DNA of 64,000 bases from an uncultured Actinomycetota bacterium (GCA_963781675.1 CAWAGF010000006.1:534192-598191); one strand, 5' to 3'. Positions 1 through 9,785 are shown, counted from the first letter of the stretch. Made by a program: numbers and translations. The notes: generated by a model from the letters alone, not told the origin.

Positions 1-1373
1 CGACGTCGAGTTGTTGACCGACAGCATCCCGGCGCGACACGCGCTCGCGGAAGCGGAACGCCGTCTGCGCGTCGCGGCGTGTAGATGGCGCTGGACAGGC
101 CGTAGCCGTGGCCGTTGGCCAGCTCGACGGCCTCGTCGAAGGTCGAGAAGCGCATGACCGAGACCAGCGGGCCGAAGGTCTCGTTGCGGTACAGCGCGTC
201 GTCCGCGGCGCACGCCGGTGACGACCGCCGGGTGGGCGAACACGCCCGCGTCCGGGTCGCCGACGAAGCCGTCGCGCGGGTTCGCCGACGTGATGCGACC
301 GGTGCCGGTCGAGCCGTGCACCTCGTGGTGCGGCTGCACCTCGCCGAGCCACTTCTCGAAGCCGTCGCAGGAAGCGCTCGCCGAGCATCGGGCCGTACAG
401 GACGGAGGCGTCGGTCGGGTCGCCGACGACGGCGGTCTCGACCCGGGCGAGGAACCTCTCCAGGAAGGCGTCGTAGACGTCGTCGTGCACGATCGCGACG
501 CCCAGCGAGGTGCAGCGCTGGCCGGCGGTGCCGAAGCCGGAGAACAGCGCGCCCTCGGCGGCGAGGTCGAGGTCGGCGTCGGGCATGACGACGAGCGGGT
601 TCTTGCCGCCGAGCTCGAGGCAGGCGTTCTGCAGGTGGCGGCCGGCCAGCTCGCCGATGCGCACGCCGACCTCGGACGAGCCGGTGAAGCCGATCTTGTT
701 GCACCAGGCCCGCCTCCAGCGCCTTCTCCAGGCCCTCGTAGGTCGACGGGCCCGTCGGCGTGCACGGTGTTGAGCACGCCCGGCGGGCAGGCCGCCCGCG
801 ACGAAGATGCGGGTCAGCGCGTCGCCGAGGGCGGCGGCGTACTCGGCCGGCTTCCACACGACGGCGTTGCCGCAGAGCAGCGCCGGCACGAGGTACCAGG
901 ACGGCACCGCGACGGGGAAGTTGCCCGCCGTGATGATGCCGGCGACGCCGACCGGCACGCGGAAGGTGAACAGCTGCTTGTCGCGCATCTCGCTCGGGAC
1001 GGTCTGGCCGTAGAGCCGGCGGCCCTCGCCGAGGAAGAAGTCGCAGGTGTCGACGATCTCCTGCACCTCGCCGCGCGCCTCGGCGATCGGCTTGCCGACC
1101 TCGCGGGTGACCAGCTGCGGCCAGCGCCTCGGCGTTGGCCTCGACGAGCCGGCCGATCTTGGCGATGACCTGGCCGCGCACCGGGGCGGGCGTCGCGGCC
1201 CAGGCCGGCCTGCGCCGGCCTTGGCGGCGCGGAACGCCTCGACGACCTGGTCGGCCGTGGCCAGCGAGACCTCGCGCGACGACGTCGCGACAGCGCGGCC
1301 GGGTTGGTGCGAGGTCAGCGTGCCGGCCGCGCCGACGGAGGGGCGAGCCGTTGACGTGGGAGTCGATGCGCAT
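1..1373 (-). CDS. Aldehyde dehydrogenase (piperideine-6-carboxylate dehydrogenase-like); 3'-partial, several apparent frameshifts
   Basis: Minus strand encodes ELGGKN, TAGQRCTS (catalytic Cys) and ETFGP motifs; ATG overlaps the lat stop (TGATG); lat-ALDH pairing is typical of lysine catabolism. Confidence 0.85.
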   Translation of the reverse strand, partial: MRIDSHVNGSPLRRRGRHADLAPTRPRCRDVVARGLAGHGRPGRRGVPRRQGRRRPAWAATPAPVRGQVIAKIGRLVEANAEALAAAGHPRGRQADRRGARRGAGDRRHLRLLPRRGPPALRPDRPERDARQAAVHLPRAGRRRRHHHGGQLPRRGAVLVPRAGAALRQRRRVEAGRVRRRPRRRADPHLRRGRPARRACSTPCTPTGPSTYEGLEKALEAGLVQQDRLHRLVRGRRAHRRAGRPPPAERLPRARRQEPARRHARRRPRPRRRGRAVLRLRHRRPALHLAGRRDRARRRLRRLPGEVPRPGRDRRRRRPDRRLRPVRPDARRALPATASRSGSARCSRTTRCTARPAPVASRRRTRATASSATRTRACSPTRRSSPACAADDALYRNETFGPLVSVMRFSTFDEAVELANGHGYGLSSAIYTPRRADGVPLPRARVAPGCCRSTTRR

Positions 1374-2725
1374 CAGGCGTTGTCCTTCAGACGGGAGAGC
1401 ACGCGGTCGAGGGCGGCGACGCCGGCGGCGAGGTCCTCGGCGGAGACGGTGAGGGCGGGGCGGAAGCGGACGCTGCGGGTGCCGCAGCCGAGCAGCAGCA
1501 CGTGCTCATCCTCGCGCAGCGCGGTCGAGCACCGCGTCGCGCAGGGCGGCGGTCGGCAGCGAGAACGCGCACATCAGGCCGCGGCCGCGTACGTCGGTGA
1601 CCTCGTCGTGCTCGGCGGCCAGGTCGTGAGCAGGCCCATCAGGACCGGCCCGAGGTCGGCCGCGCGGTCGACGAGCCGCTCGCTCTCGACGACCTCGAGG
1701 ATGCGGCGCGCGCGCACCATGTCGGTGAGCGAGCCGCCCCAGGTGGAGTTGATGCGGCTGGAGGTCGCGAAGACGTTGTCCGGCACCTCGTCGACGCGGC
1801 CGCCGGCCATGACGCCGCAGACCTGGGTCTTCTTGCCGAAGGCGACGACGTCCGGCTGCACGCCGAGCTGCTGGAAGGCCCAGGCGGTGCCGGTGAGGCC
1901 GCAACCGGTCTGCACCTCGTCGAGCACGAACAGGGCGTCGTGCTCGTGGCAGAGGGACTGCATCGCCTGCAGGAACTCGGGACGGAAGTGGTGGTCGCCG
2001 CCCTCGCCCTGGATCGGGCTCCATGAGGAAGCAGGCAATGTCGTGCGGGTGCGCCTCGAAGGCGGCGCGGGCCTCGGCGAGGGTGGCCGCCTCGCGCGCC
2101 TCGACGTCGCCGTGCGCGCTGGACAGGTACGGCGGGGCGATGCGCGGCCAGGAGAACTGCGGGAACCGGGCGACCTTCACCGGGTCGGTGTTGGTGAGCG
2201 ACATCGTGTAGCCGCTGCGGCCGTGGAAGGCGTCGCGCAGGTGCAGCACCTTGGTGCCGAGGGACGGGTCGATGCCGTGCGCTCTCGTTCCAGCGCGACT
2301 TCCAGTCGAAGGCGACCTTGAGCGCGTTCTCGACCGCGAGCGCGCCGCCCTCGACGAAGAACAGGTGGGGGAGGCCCGGGTCGCCGAGCACGCGCGCGAA
2401 GGTCGCGACGAACCTGGCCATCGCCTCGGTGTAGACGTCGGAGTTGCTCGGCTTGTTCATCGCCGCGGCGAGCAGGTCCTCCCGGAACAGCGCGTCCTCG
2501 ACCAGCGCCGGGTGGTTCATGCCGAGCGCGCTGCTGGCGAAGAAGGTGAACAGGTCGAGGTACGACGTCCCGTCGCGGGCGTCGAGCAGCCGGCTGCCCC
2601 GGCTCCCCTCGAGGTCGAGCACCATGTCGAAGCCGTCCACGAGCAGTGCTCTGCCGCAGGACGTCGTGCACGGTCGTCGGGGTCACTTCCGGAGTCACGG
2701 CGGCGGGAGGCGCGAGAGTCGTCAT
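1373..2725 (-). CDS. lat: L-lysine 6-aminotransferase (class III PLP aminotransferase); frameshifted
   Basis: Fragments read DGFDMVLDL, KPSNSD, GGALAVENALK, FHGRSGYT, IQGEGGD, DEVQTG, AFGKK, INSTWGG; leaderless start TACCGT-N6-ATG. Confidence 0.92.
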
Positions 2726-2804
2726 CCGGCCACGGTAGACGGCGATCGTCCCGCTGGGAAGCACCTGAGCGGGCGGATCTCCCGTGCGTCCCGTCCAACC
2801 TTGA

Positions 2805-2877
2805 GTGATCCACAGAAGCTTCGACGGCGTAGGCCGCACCGCGGGCGCCTGAGGCCGTCGATCCTTCTGTGGATCAC
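2805..2877. repeat. 73-bp palindromic REP/MITE-like element, copy 1
   Basis: 14-bp terminal inverted repeats GTGATCCACAGAAG...CTTCTGTGGATCAC; inner TCGACGGC/GCCGTCGA pairing; homologs at 21984 and 34249. Confidence 0.9.
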
Positions 2878-2901
2878 CGGCCGCGTCCCTAGGCTCGGCG
2901 G

Positions 2902-4475
2902 GTGACCACGACGCTGTACCGCAACGGCCGGGTGCGCAGCCCCGCCGACCCCTTCGCCACCGCGCTGCTCGTGGACGGCGGAACGGTCGCCTGGGTCGGC
3001 AGCGAGGCCGCCGCCGACGCGATGAGCGCCGACATCGACCGTCGACCTCGAGGACGGCTGGCTGGCCCCTGCGTTCGTCGACGCGCACGTGCACTCCACG
3101 ACGACCGGCCTCGCGCTGACCGGCCTGGACCTGGCGGCCGCGCCGTCGCTGGCGGCGCTGCTCGACCGGGTCGAGCAGGCCGCGCGCAAGGCCCGCGGGG
3201 GAGTGGTCCTCGGCACCGGCTGGGAGGAGGACGGCTGGCCCGAGGGGCGCCCGCCGACCGCGGCCGAGCTCGACCGGGCCAGCTACGGCGGCGTCGTCTA
3301 TCTGGCCCGGACCGACGTGCACAGCGCGGTCGCCTCCAGCGCGCTGCTGGCCGCGGCCCCGAGGCGCCGGAGATGCTCCTTCGCGGCGACGGCTGGTCAA
3401 GGAGGAGGCGCACTCCGGGTGCGCCGGGTGGCCTTCGCCGGGCTGCACGCCCAGCCAGCGACGGGACGGCCCAGCGCGCGACTCGGGAGCGCGCGGCCGT
3501 CGCTCGGGATCGCCTGCCTGCACGAGTGCGGCGGGCCCGGCATCGACGGCGAGGACGACTTCACCGCGCTGCTGGCGCTCGCGCGGACGAGCCCGGTCCG
3601 GACGTGCTCGGCTACTGGGGTGAGCTCGGCGGCGTCGAGCGGGCCCGCGAGCTGGGGGCGGTGGCCGCCGGGCGGCGACCTGTTCGCCGACGGCTCCCTG
3701 GGCAGCCGCACCGCCTGCCTGCACGCGCGCTACGACGACGAGGACACCACCGGCTACGCCTACCTGACGCCGAGCAGGTCGCCGCGCACGTCGTGGCGTG
3801 CACCCTCGCCGGCCTGCAGGCCGGCTTCCACGCCATCGGCGACGCCGCCCTGACCGCCGTGCTCGACGGCTACGCCGCGGCCGCCGAGCAGGTCGGCCTG
3901 GACGTGCTGCGGGCGGCCCGGCACCGGATCGAGCACGTCGAGGTGCCGCTGCCGCGGCACATCGCGCGATGGCCGCGCTCGGGCTCGTGGCCAGCGTGCA
4001 GCCCGTCTTCGACGCGCGCTGGGGCGGCCGCGGACGGGCTGTACGCGGCCCGCCTGGGCTGGGAGCGCACCCGCGACATGCAACCCGCTGGCCGCGCTGG
4101 CGGCCGCCGGCGTCCCGCTCGCGTTCGGCTCCGACGCGCCCGGTCACGCCGGTGGACCCGTGGGGGGCCGTGCGCGCCGCGGTGCAGCACCACACGCCGG
4201 AGAGCCGGCTGTCCGCGCGGGCCGCCTTCTGCGCGCACACCCGCGGTGGCTGGCGCGCGGCACGGGAGGACGACGTGGCGAGCTGCGCCGGGCGCGCCCG
4301 CGACCTTCGCCGTCTGGGACGTGCCGGGCGAACTCGTCGTGCAGGCGCCGGACGACCGCGTGGCCGGCTGGTCGACCGACCCGCGGGCCGGGGTCGCCGG
4401 GCTGCCGGACCTGTCCGCCGCAGACCCCGTCTGCCGCCGGACCGTCGTGCGCGGCGGGCCGTCTGGCAGGGGTGA
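2902..4475 (+). CDS. Amidohydrolase_3 family protein; multiple apparent frameshifts
   Basis: Motifs DAHVH, FADGSLGSRTA, GFHAIGDAA, HRIEH and FGSD are spread over several frames; leaderless TAGGCT-N6-GTG; conserved position upstream of lnt/ppm1. Confidence 0.85.
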
Positions 4476-4513
4476 ACTCCCAGGTCGAACGTGCAGTGTC
4501 CGCCGGCACCCCG

Positions 4514-4550
4514 CCTGACCTGCGGCTTTGAGGCGAAAGCCCAGGTCAGG
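4514..4550. terminator. Hairpin downstream of amidohydrolase (possible terminator)
   Basis: CCTGACCTG/CAGGTCAGG arms plus inner GGCTTT/AAAGCC pairing. Confidence 0.55.
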
Positions 4551-4556
4551 GGCCTG

Positions 4557-4587
4557 TTGACAGCCCTAGGGCGGTGCCCAGTAACCT
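4557..4587 (+). promoter_or_regulatory. Primary-sigma-type promoter
   Basis: TTGACA (4557-4562) N19 TAACCT (4582-4587); spacer is 1-2 nt long, possibly a homopolymer error. Confidence 0.6.
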
Positions 4588-4594
4588 CCCCCTC

Positions 4595-4704
4595 GGTCAC
4601 CGCCGGACAGGCGTCCGGCGCTCAGTAGACAACGGCAGGCCGGTCGCTCCCAGCCGACCGTCAGGTCGGTCCGAAGGGCGTCCGAGCGCCTGCCGCGGTG
4701 GACC
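4595..4704 (+). ncRNA. Candidate structured RNA or leader upstream of lnt
   Basis: Nested stems CGCCGGAC/GTCCGGCG, CGGCAGGC/GCCTGCCG, CCGACC/GGTCGG and outer GGTCAC/GTGGACC; starts ~7 nt after the -10. Confidence 0.45.
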
Positions 4705-4728
4705 CCCCGCGGGCTCCCATCGGGCAGG

Positions 4729-6300
4729 ATGGAGCCCGTGGAGAGCCGGGCAGCCCTGAGCCTGCAGCAGCCGGCGGAGCGGGCCCCGACGCCTTCGGGG
4801 GAGCCGCCCCGCCGGCTGTCCCCGTCCGGGGCTGGCGCCGCCTCGGGGCCGTCGCCTCCGGCCTGCTGCTCTACGCCGCCTTCCCCCCGGCGGACCTGCC
4901 GTGGCTGGCCCTGCCGGCCGTCGCGCTGCTGGTCCTCGTCTGCCGCGGCGCCCGCGTCCGGCACGGCGCGCTGCTCGGCCTGCTGCACGGGCTCGCGTTG
5001 TTCCTGCCGCTGGTGGAGTGGACGGCAGCCAACGCCGGCGTCGGCGCGCTGCGTCGCCCTCGCGCTGCTCCAGGCCGTCCTTCCTCGCCCTGCTCGGGCG
5101 GCGCTCGCCCTCGTCGGCCACGGCGCCGCGGCTGGCCGCTGTGGACCGCGGCGCTGTGGGTGCTGGAGGAGGCGCTGCGGGACCGGCATCCCGTTCGGCG
5201 GCTTCCCGTGGGGACGGCTGGCGTTCAGCCAGGGCGACTCCGCCCTGACCCCGCTGGCGGCCCTCGGCGGCGCGCCGCTGCTCAGCTTCGCGGTCGCGCT
5301 GCTGGCCGGCACGCTGGCCTGGTCCGTCCTGGCCGTGCGCCGGCTGCCGTCGTGCTCGCCGCGGTGGCCCGTCGCCGTGGCGCGCGGCCGCGCTGCGTGC
5401 CGCTGCCGACCGACGGCGACCCCGTCCGCGTGGCCGTCGTCCAGGGCAACGTGCCGCGGCTGGGGCTGGACTTCAACGCCCAGCGCGCCGCTGTGCTGCG
5501 CCAACCACGTCGAGGCCACCCGCCGGCTGGCCGCGGACGTCCGCGCCGGCCGGCAGCGACGCCCCGACCTGGTCATGTGGCCGGAGAACGCCTCCGACCT
5601 CGACCCGTTCACCGACGCCGAGGCGTACGCCGTCATCGACGCGGCGGTCAAGGACGTCGGCGTGCCGGTGCTCGTCGGCGCCGTCCTCGCACGGGCCGGG
5701 CGACGCAGGTCAGCAACGCCGGCATCGTGTGGGACCCGGTGCACCGGGCCCGGCCGACGCTACGTCAAGCGGCACCCGGTGCCGTTCGGCGAGTACATCC
5801 CGTACCGCTCGCTGGTCCGCAAGGTCACGAGCAAGGTCGACCTCGTCCCGCGCGACTTCGCGCCGGGGGACGACGGTCGGCGTGCTGGACGTCGGGCCGG
5901 TGCGGCTCGGCGACGTCATCTGCTTCGAGGTGGCCTACGACGGCCTGGTGCGGGACGTGGTCACCGGAGGGGGCAGGCTGATGGTCGTGCAGACCAACAA
6001 CGCGACCTTCGGGCGCAGCGGCGAGACCGCGCAGCAGCTGGCGATGGGCCGGCTGCGCGCCGTCGAGCACGGCCGGACGGTCCTGGTCGCCGCGACCAGC
6101 GGCATCAGCGCCGTGATCGCGCCGGACGGCAGGATCGTGGACGACGCCCCCGTCTTCACCCGAGAGGTCCTGGTCGCACGAGGTCCCCGTACGCGCCGGC
6201 CGCACGCCGGCCACCCGCGCCGGCGCGTGGCCCGAGGCCGCGCTCGCCGCCCTGCGGGCTGGTCGGCCTCGGCCTGGCCGCCCGCCGGCGGGCCGCATGA
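4729..6300 (+). CDS. lnt: Apolipoprotein N-acyltransferase; multiple apparent frameshifts
   Basis: [56 protein letters not shown] motifs; ATGA overlap with ppm1. Confidence 0.93.
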   Translation: MEPVESRAALSLQQPAERAPTPSGEPPRRLSPSGAGAASGPSPPACCSTPPSPRRTCRGWPCRPSRCWSSSAAAPASGTARCSACCTGSRCSCRWWSGRQPTPASARCVALALLQAVLPRPARAALALVGHGAAAGRCGPRRCGCWRRRCGTGIPFGGFPWGRLAFSQGDSALTPLAALGGAPLLSFAVALLAGTLAWSVLAVRRLPSCSPRWPVAVARGRAACRCRPTATPSAWPSSRATCRGWGWTSTPSAPLCCANHVEATRRLAADVRAGRQRRPDLVMWPENASDLDPFTDAEAYAVIDAAVKDVGVPVLVGAVLARAGRRRSATPASCGTRCTGPGRRYVKRHPVPFGEYIPYRSLVRKVTSKVDLVPRDFAPGDDGRRAGRRAGAARRRHLLRGGLRRPGAGRGHRRGQADGRADQQRDLRAQRRDRAAAGDGPAARRRARPDGPGRRDQRHQRRDRAGRQDRGRRPRLHPRGPGRTRSPYAPAARRPPAPARGPRPRSPPCGLVGLGLAARRRAA

Positions 6301-7046
6301 GGGCGCCGATCGGCCGGGTGCTGGTGATCGTCCCGACCTACAACGAGAGGGAGAACCTCGAGATCATCGCGGGGCGCCTGCTCGCGGCCGTGCCGGAGGT
6401 GCACCTGCTCGTGGTCGACGACAGCAGCCCGGACGGCACCGGCGAGATCGCGGACCGGATGGCCGCCGCCGACCCGCGCGTCCACGTGCTGCACCGCAGC
6501 GAGAAGAACGGCCTCGGCGGCGCCTACATCGCCGGCTTCGGCTGGGCCAAGGAGCGCGGCTACGACGTGGTCGTCGAGATGGACGCGGACGGCTCGCACC
6601 AGCCCGAGCAGCTCCCGCGCCTGCTGGCCGCGCTGGAGCACGCCGACCTCGTGCTCGGCAGCCGCTGGGTCCCGGGCGGGTCGGTCGTCAACTGGCCGAA
6701 GTCGCGCGAGGTGCTGTCCCGCGGCGGCAGCGCCTACGCCCGCACCCTGCTGCGCCTGCCGGTGCGCGACGTCACCGGCGGCTACCGGGCCTACCGCCGC
6801 GAGGTGCTGGACTCGCTGCCGCTCGGGGACGTCGTGTCGCAGGGCTACTGCTTCCAGATCGACCTGGCCTGGCAGACCTGGAAGGCCGGCTGGGAGGTCG
6901 TCGAGGTGCCGATCACCTTCGTCGAGCGCGAGCGCGGCGAGTCCAAGATGAACCGCAGCATCGTGCTCGAGGCCGTCTGGCGGGTGGCCTGGTGGGGCCT
7001 GCGCTCCGGCCGCTCCCGCGGCGTACGGCCCGCCCTGAGGGGCTGA
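6297..7046 (+). CDS. ppm1: Polyprenol monophosphomannose synthase (GT2)
   Basis: [49 protein letters not shown]. Confidence 0.95.
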   Translation: MRAPIGRVLVIVPTYNERENLEIIAGRLLAAVPEVHLLVVDDSSPDGTGEIADRMAAADPRVHVLHRSEKNGLGGAYIAGFGWAKERGYDVVVEMDADGSHQPEQLPRLLAALEHADLVLGSRWVPGGSVVNWPKSREVLSRGGSAYARTLLRLPVRDVTGGYRAYRREVLDSLPLGDVVSQGYCFQIDLAWQTWKAGWEVVEVPITFVERERGESKMNRSIVLEAVWRVAWWGLRSGRSRGVRPALRG

Positions 7047-7047
7047 C

Positions 7048-7556
7048 GTGCCCGCGCTGCTCGTCGTCGCGCTCGTCGTCGTCCCGCTGGTCGAGATCTA
7101 CCTGCTCGTCCAGGTCGGGCAGGTCATCGGGCCGCTGCCGACCGTGGCGCTGCTGCTCGTCATGTCCGTGCTCGGCGCCTGGCTGCTGCGGCGCGAGGGC
7201 GCCAAGACGTGGCGGGCCTTCCGCGGCGCGCTGCAGGCCGGCCGGGTGCCGGCGCGGGAGGTGGCCGACGGCGCGCTGGTGGTCCTCGGCGGCGCGCTGC
7301 TGCTGACGCCCGGCTTCGCGACCGACGTCGTCGGGCTGGCCTGCGTGCTGCCGCCGAGCCGCGCGGTGCTGCGCCGGATGCTGACCGGCGTCGTGGCGCG
7401 CCGGCTGGGCGTGGCCGGGCTCGTCGGCGGGCTGGCGGCCGACCGGGCGCGGCAGCCGGGCGCGCGTGCACGGTGGTGGACGGCGAGGTCGTGGACGGCC
7501 AGGTGGTCGACGACGGCGACGGCCCGCCGCCGCAGCGCCCGCTGCCGCCGGTCTGA
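7048..7556 (+). CDS. fxsA: FxsA family membrane protein; frameshift near 7465
   Basis: VPLVEIY, LLLTPGFATD; typical VVDGEVVD C-terminus in the alternate frame ending at 7556. Confidence 0.88.
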
Positions 7557-7575
7557 GCCCTGGACCCGGGAACGC

Positions 7576-7609
7576 CGACGGGCCGCCTCCCGGAGGAGAC
7601 GGCCCGTCG
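7576..7609. terminator. Bidirectional hairpin between convergent fxsA and rbpA
   Basis: CGACGGGCCG/CGGCCCGTCG perfect 10-bp stem. Confidence 0.7.
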
Positions 7610-7622
7610 TACGGCGGAGGAG

Positions 7623-8009
7623 CTAGGCGCTCTTCTTGTCCTTGGCGCGCTCGCTCTTGAGCGCGGCCTTCACCTTGCCCTGGTGCTCGTGCAGGACGGC
7701 CAGGCGCTCGGCCAGGACCTCCTCGAGCTCGGCGGTGGAGCGGCGCTCGAGCAGCATGTCCCAGTGGGTGCGGGCCGGCTTGCCCTTCTTCTCCTCGGGC
7801 TGCGCGCCGTCGCGCAGCAGCGCGGTGGCGCCGCACACGCGGCACTCCCAGGAGGAGGGGATCTCGGCCTCAGCGGCGAACGGCATCGCCGTCTCGTGGC
7901 CGTTGGGGCAGTCGTAGGCGGTGCGCTGGCGGGGCGCGAACTCGGTGTGCCGGTCGCTCTCGTAGCTCACCGAGCCGAGTCGGGTGCCTCGCAGGACGCG
8001 ATCGCTCAT
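7623..8009 (-). CDS. rbpA: RNA polymerase-binding protein RbpA
   Basis: RVLRGTRLGSVSYE, YDCPNGH, WECRVCG, RTHWDMLLERRS. Confidence 0.97.
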   Translation of the reverse strand: MSDRVLRGTRLGSVSYESDRHTEFAPRQRTAYDCPNGHETAMPFAAEAEIPSSWECRVCGATALLRDGAQPEEKKGKPARTHWDMLLERRSTAELEEVLAERLAVLHEHQGKVKAALKSERAKDKKSA

Positions 8010-8043
8010 GGGGTGCCTCCAGGGTCAGGTCGTCTGCCGTGAC

Positions 8044-8069
8044 AACGTGCAGACGGCTGGGAGGATTCC
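8044..8069 (-). promoter_or_regulatory. SigR/SigH-type ECF promoter of rbpA
   Basis: Minus strand reads GGAAT-N18-GTT exactly; rbpA is an established SigR target in Streptomyces. Confidence 0.8.
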
Positions 8070-8125
8070 CGGTCGTGCTGCCGCGGACACCTGCGGCGGA
8101 GCGCTGACGTCCCGAGGAGCCCCGC

Positions 8126-8572
8126 ATGCTGCTGCGCACCCGTCCCGAGCCCGTCCGCCGCCGCTCGCCGCTGCAGGTGCTCGCCGACCGGGCGACCCCC
8201 GCGCACCTCGCCGTCGGCCGGGCCGGGGCGGGCGCCGTCATGGTGGTGCGCCCGCGGGCGGTGCCGCAGGCACTGGGGGTCGACTCCGCGACGGCCACCC
8301 GGATGGCGTGGGCCGTCCAGATGCTCGGCGCCCGGGAGATCGCGCTGGGGCTGGGGACGCTCGCGGCCTTGCGCAGCCCGGACCGCGCCGCCTCGCGGGT
8401 CTGGCTCGCCGGCGGGGTGCTGTCGGACGGCGTGGACGCCCTGGCCGTCGCGGGCGCGCTGGCCAAGGGCCGGGTCAGCAAGGGCACCGGGCTCGGGCTG
8501 GTCGCCGTCGCCGCCGGCGCCGTCGCGCTGGGCGTGCGGGCACTGCAGCAGGACGAGGTCACAACCGTGTAG
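8126..8572 (+). CDS. Hypothetical membrane protein
   Basis: GAGGAG RBS; hydrophobic helices; AREIALG and SDGVDAL motifs typical of small actinobacterial membrane proteins. Confidence 0.7.
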   Translation: MLLRTRPEPVRRRSPLQVLADRATPAHLAVGRAGAGAVMVVRPRAVPQALGVDSATATRMAWAVQMLGAREIALGLGTLAALRSPDRAASRVWLAGGVLSDGVDALAVAGALAKGRVSKGTGLGLVAVAAGAVALGVRALQQDEVTTV

Positions 8573-8585
8573 TTCGTCCGGATTG

Positions 8586-8612
8586 CTCAGGCGGGCCGCG
8601 CCGGTGGCCGAG
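8586..8612 (+). promoter_or_regulatory. Possible FliA/WhiG (sigma28)-type promoter
   Basis: CTCA-N17-GCCGAG upstream of the NlpC/P60 gene. Confidence 0.4.
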
Positions 8613-8654
8613 GACCGATACAACATCAGTCACTCGAACCACAGGAGGCGCGCC

Positions 8655-9785
8655 GTGTCGCCCGTCCGATCCTCCGGACTGCGTCTGCGCGCCGTCGGTC
8701 TCGTCGTCGCCTGCCTGGCCCTTGCCGCGGGCACCACCTTCGCGCGGAGCGGGGCGGCGGCGCCCCTCGACGGCGCGCCGGACCAGGCTGCCGCCGACGT
8801 GCTGCACGTCGCCCGCAACCAGCTCGGCGACCCCTACGTCTGGGGCGGCACCGGACCGGACGGCTGGGACTGCTCCGGCCTGTCCCGGCTGTGGAAGAGC
8901 GTCGGCGGCGCGGGCGACATGCCGCGCGTCAGCCGCGACCAGCAGGAGTGGGCGGTGCCGATCCCGCAGGAGCAGGCCCTGCGCGGCGACCTCGTCTTCT
9001 TCGGCAACCCGGTCACGCACGTCGGGATCGTCTCCGGTGGCGGCTACATGATCGACGCGGGCGCCTCCCGGTCCGCCGTCGTCGAGCGCCGCATCTGGAC
9101 GGCCGGCGTGGTGCGGTACGGCCGGGTGCCCCGCCGCGGGATGCCGGCCGTCAAGCCGTGGACCCCGCCGCCGCTGCCCTCGCCCGTGCCGGCTGCGCCC
9201 GTGGCCGACTCGCCCGACGCGGCGGCTGCCGCCCCCCGGTCGGTCCCGGCGCGCACCAGCCCGAAGCCGAGCCCGAAGCCGAGCCCGACCGCCACCAAGG
9301 CCCCGAAGCCGCGCCGACCGCAAGCGGCCAGCAAGCCGGTGAGCAAGCCGGTCAGCAAGCCGGTCAGCAAGCCGGTCAGCAAGCCGGTCACCGCCGGCCT
9401 TGCCCCGCTCGCCGGCCTGCCCGGCACCCAGAAGGCGCCCTCCAGCAAGGTCGCCCTGCGCGCCGCCGCGGGCGCGAAGTCCGTCGCCGGCCGCCCGGTC
9501 GGGCCATCGGGCTGGAACGACGTCAGCCTGGTCGCCACCGCCTGGAAGCACGCCGGGGGAGCGGCGCTGCCCAGCAACCGCGCCGCCCTCGTCGCCAGGG
9601 GCAAGCGGGTCGCGCTGGCCGACGCCCGGGTCGGCGACCTGGTCGTCTACGACCGCCCGGACCAGCCGCACCTCGGCGTCTACCTCGGCCACGGCTACAT
9701 GGTCGACGCCTCCGCTACGCTCGGCCGCGTCGTCGTCCGCCGCGTCTACGCCGCCCCGTCGGTCCGGCTGGTGCGGCTCGGCTGA
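8655..9785 (+). CDS. Secreted protein with two NlpC/P60 (C40) domains and a Pro/Lys-rich linker
   Basis: AGGAGG RBS; signal peptide; GDPYVWGG..WDCSG..GDLVFF..HVG; second domain GDLVVY..PHLGVYLG. Confidence 0.88.
   Translation: MSPVRSSGLRLRAVGLVVACLALAAGTTFARSGAAAPLDGAPDQAAADVLHVARNQLGDPYVWGGTGPDGWDCSGLSRLWKSVGGAGDMPRVSRDQQEWAVPIPQEQALRGDLVFFGNPVTHVGIVSGGGYMIDAGASRSAVVERRIWTAGVVRYGRVPRRGMPAVKPWTPPPLPSPVPAAPVADSPDAAAAAPRSVPARTSPKPSPKPSPTATKAPKPRRPQAASKPVSKPVSKPVSKPVSKPVTAGLAPLAGLPGTQKAPSSKVALRAAAGAKSVAGRPVGPSGWNDVSLVATAWKHAGGAALPSNRAALVARGKRVALADARVGDLVVYDRPDQPHLGVYLGHGYMVDASATLGRVVVRRVYAAPSVRLVRLG
9330..9389 (+). repeat. 12-bp coding tandem repeat x5 (SKPV)
   Basis: AGCAAGCCGGT(C/G) units inside the NlpC/P60 linker. 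Confidence 0.9.

Noticed and set aside
2805..2877. 73-bp elements as an oriC DnaA-box cluster or as simple terminators
   Set aside because: They are dispersed pairs with no dnaA/dnaN or AT-rich unwinding region; copy 1 lies between divergent genes and none has a U-tract
4621..4700. Structured region as SRP RNA or a SAM riboswitch
   Set aside because: GTCAGGTC..CCGAAGG is only superficially like SRP helix 8 (no GGAAGCAGC), and the SAM-I/IV core motifs are absent
1..7556. Dense frameshifts in ALDH, lat, amidohydrolase, lnt and fxsA, plus single ones in HAD, plsC, tyrA, S2P, nudix and steB, read as pseudogenes or programmed frameshifting
   Set aside because: They hit conserved housekeeping genes, cluster toward the window start, fall in GC runs, and I noticed no accompanying nonsense decay or slippery heptamers; long-read consensus error is the simpler explanation
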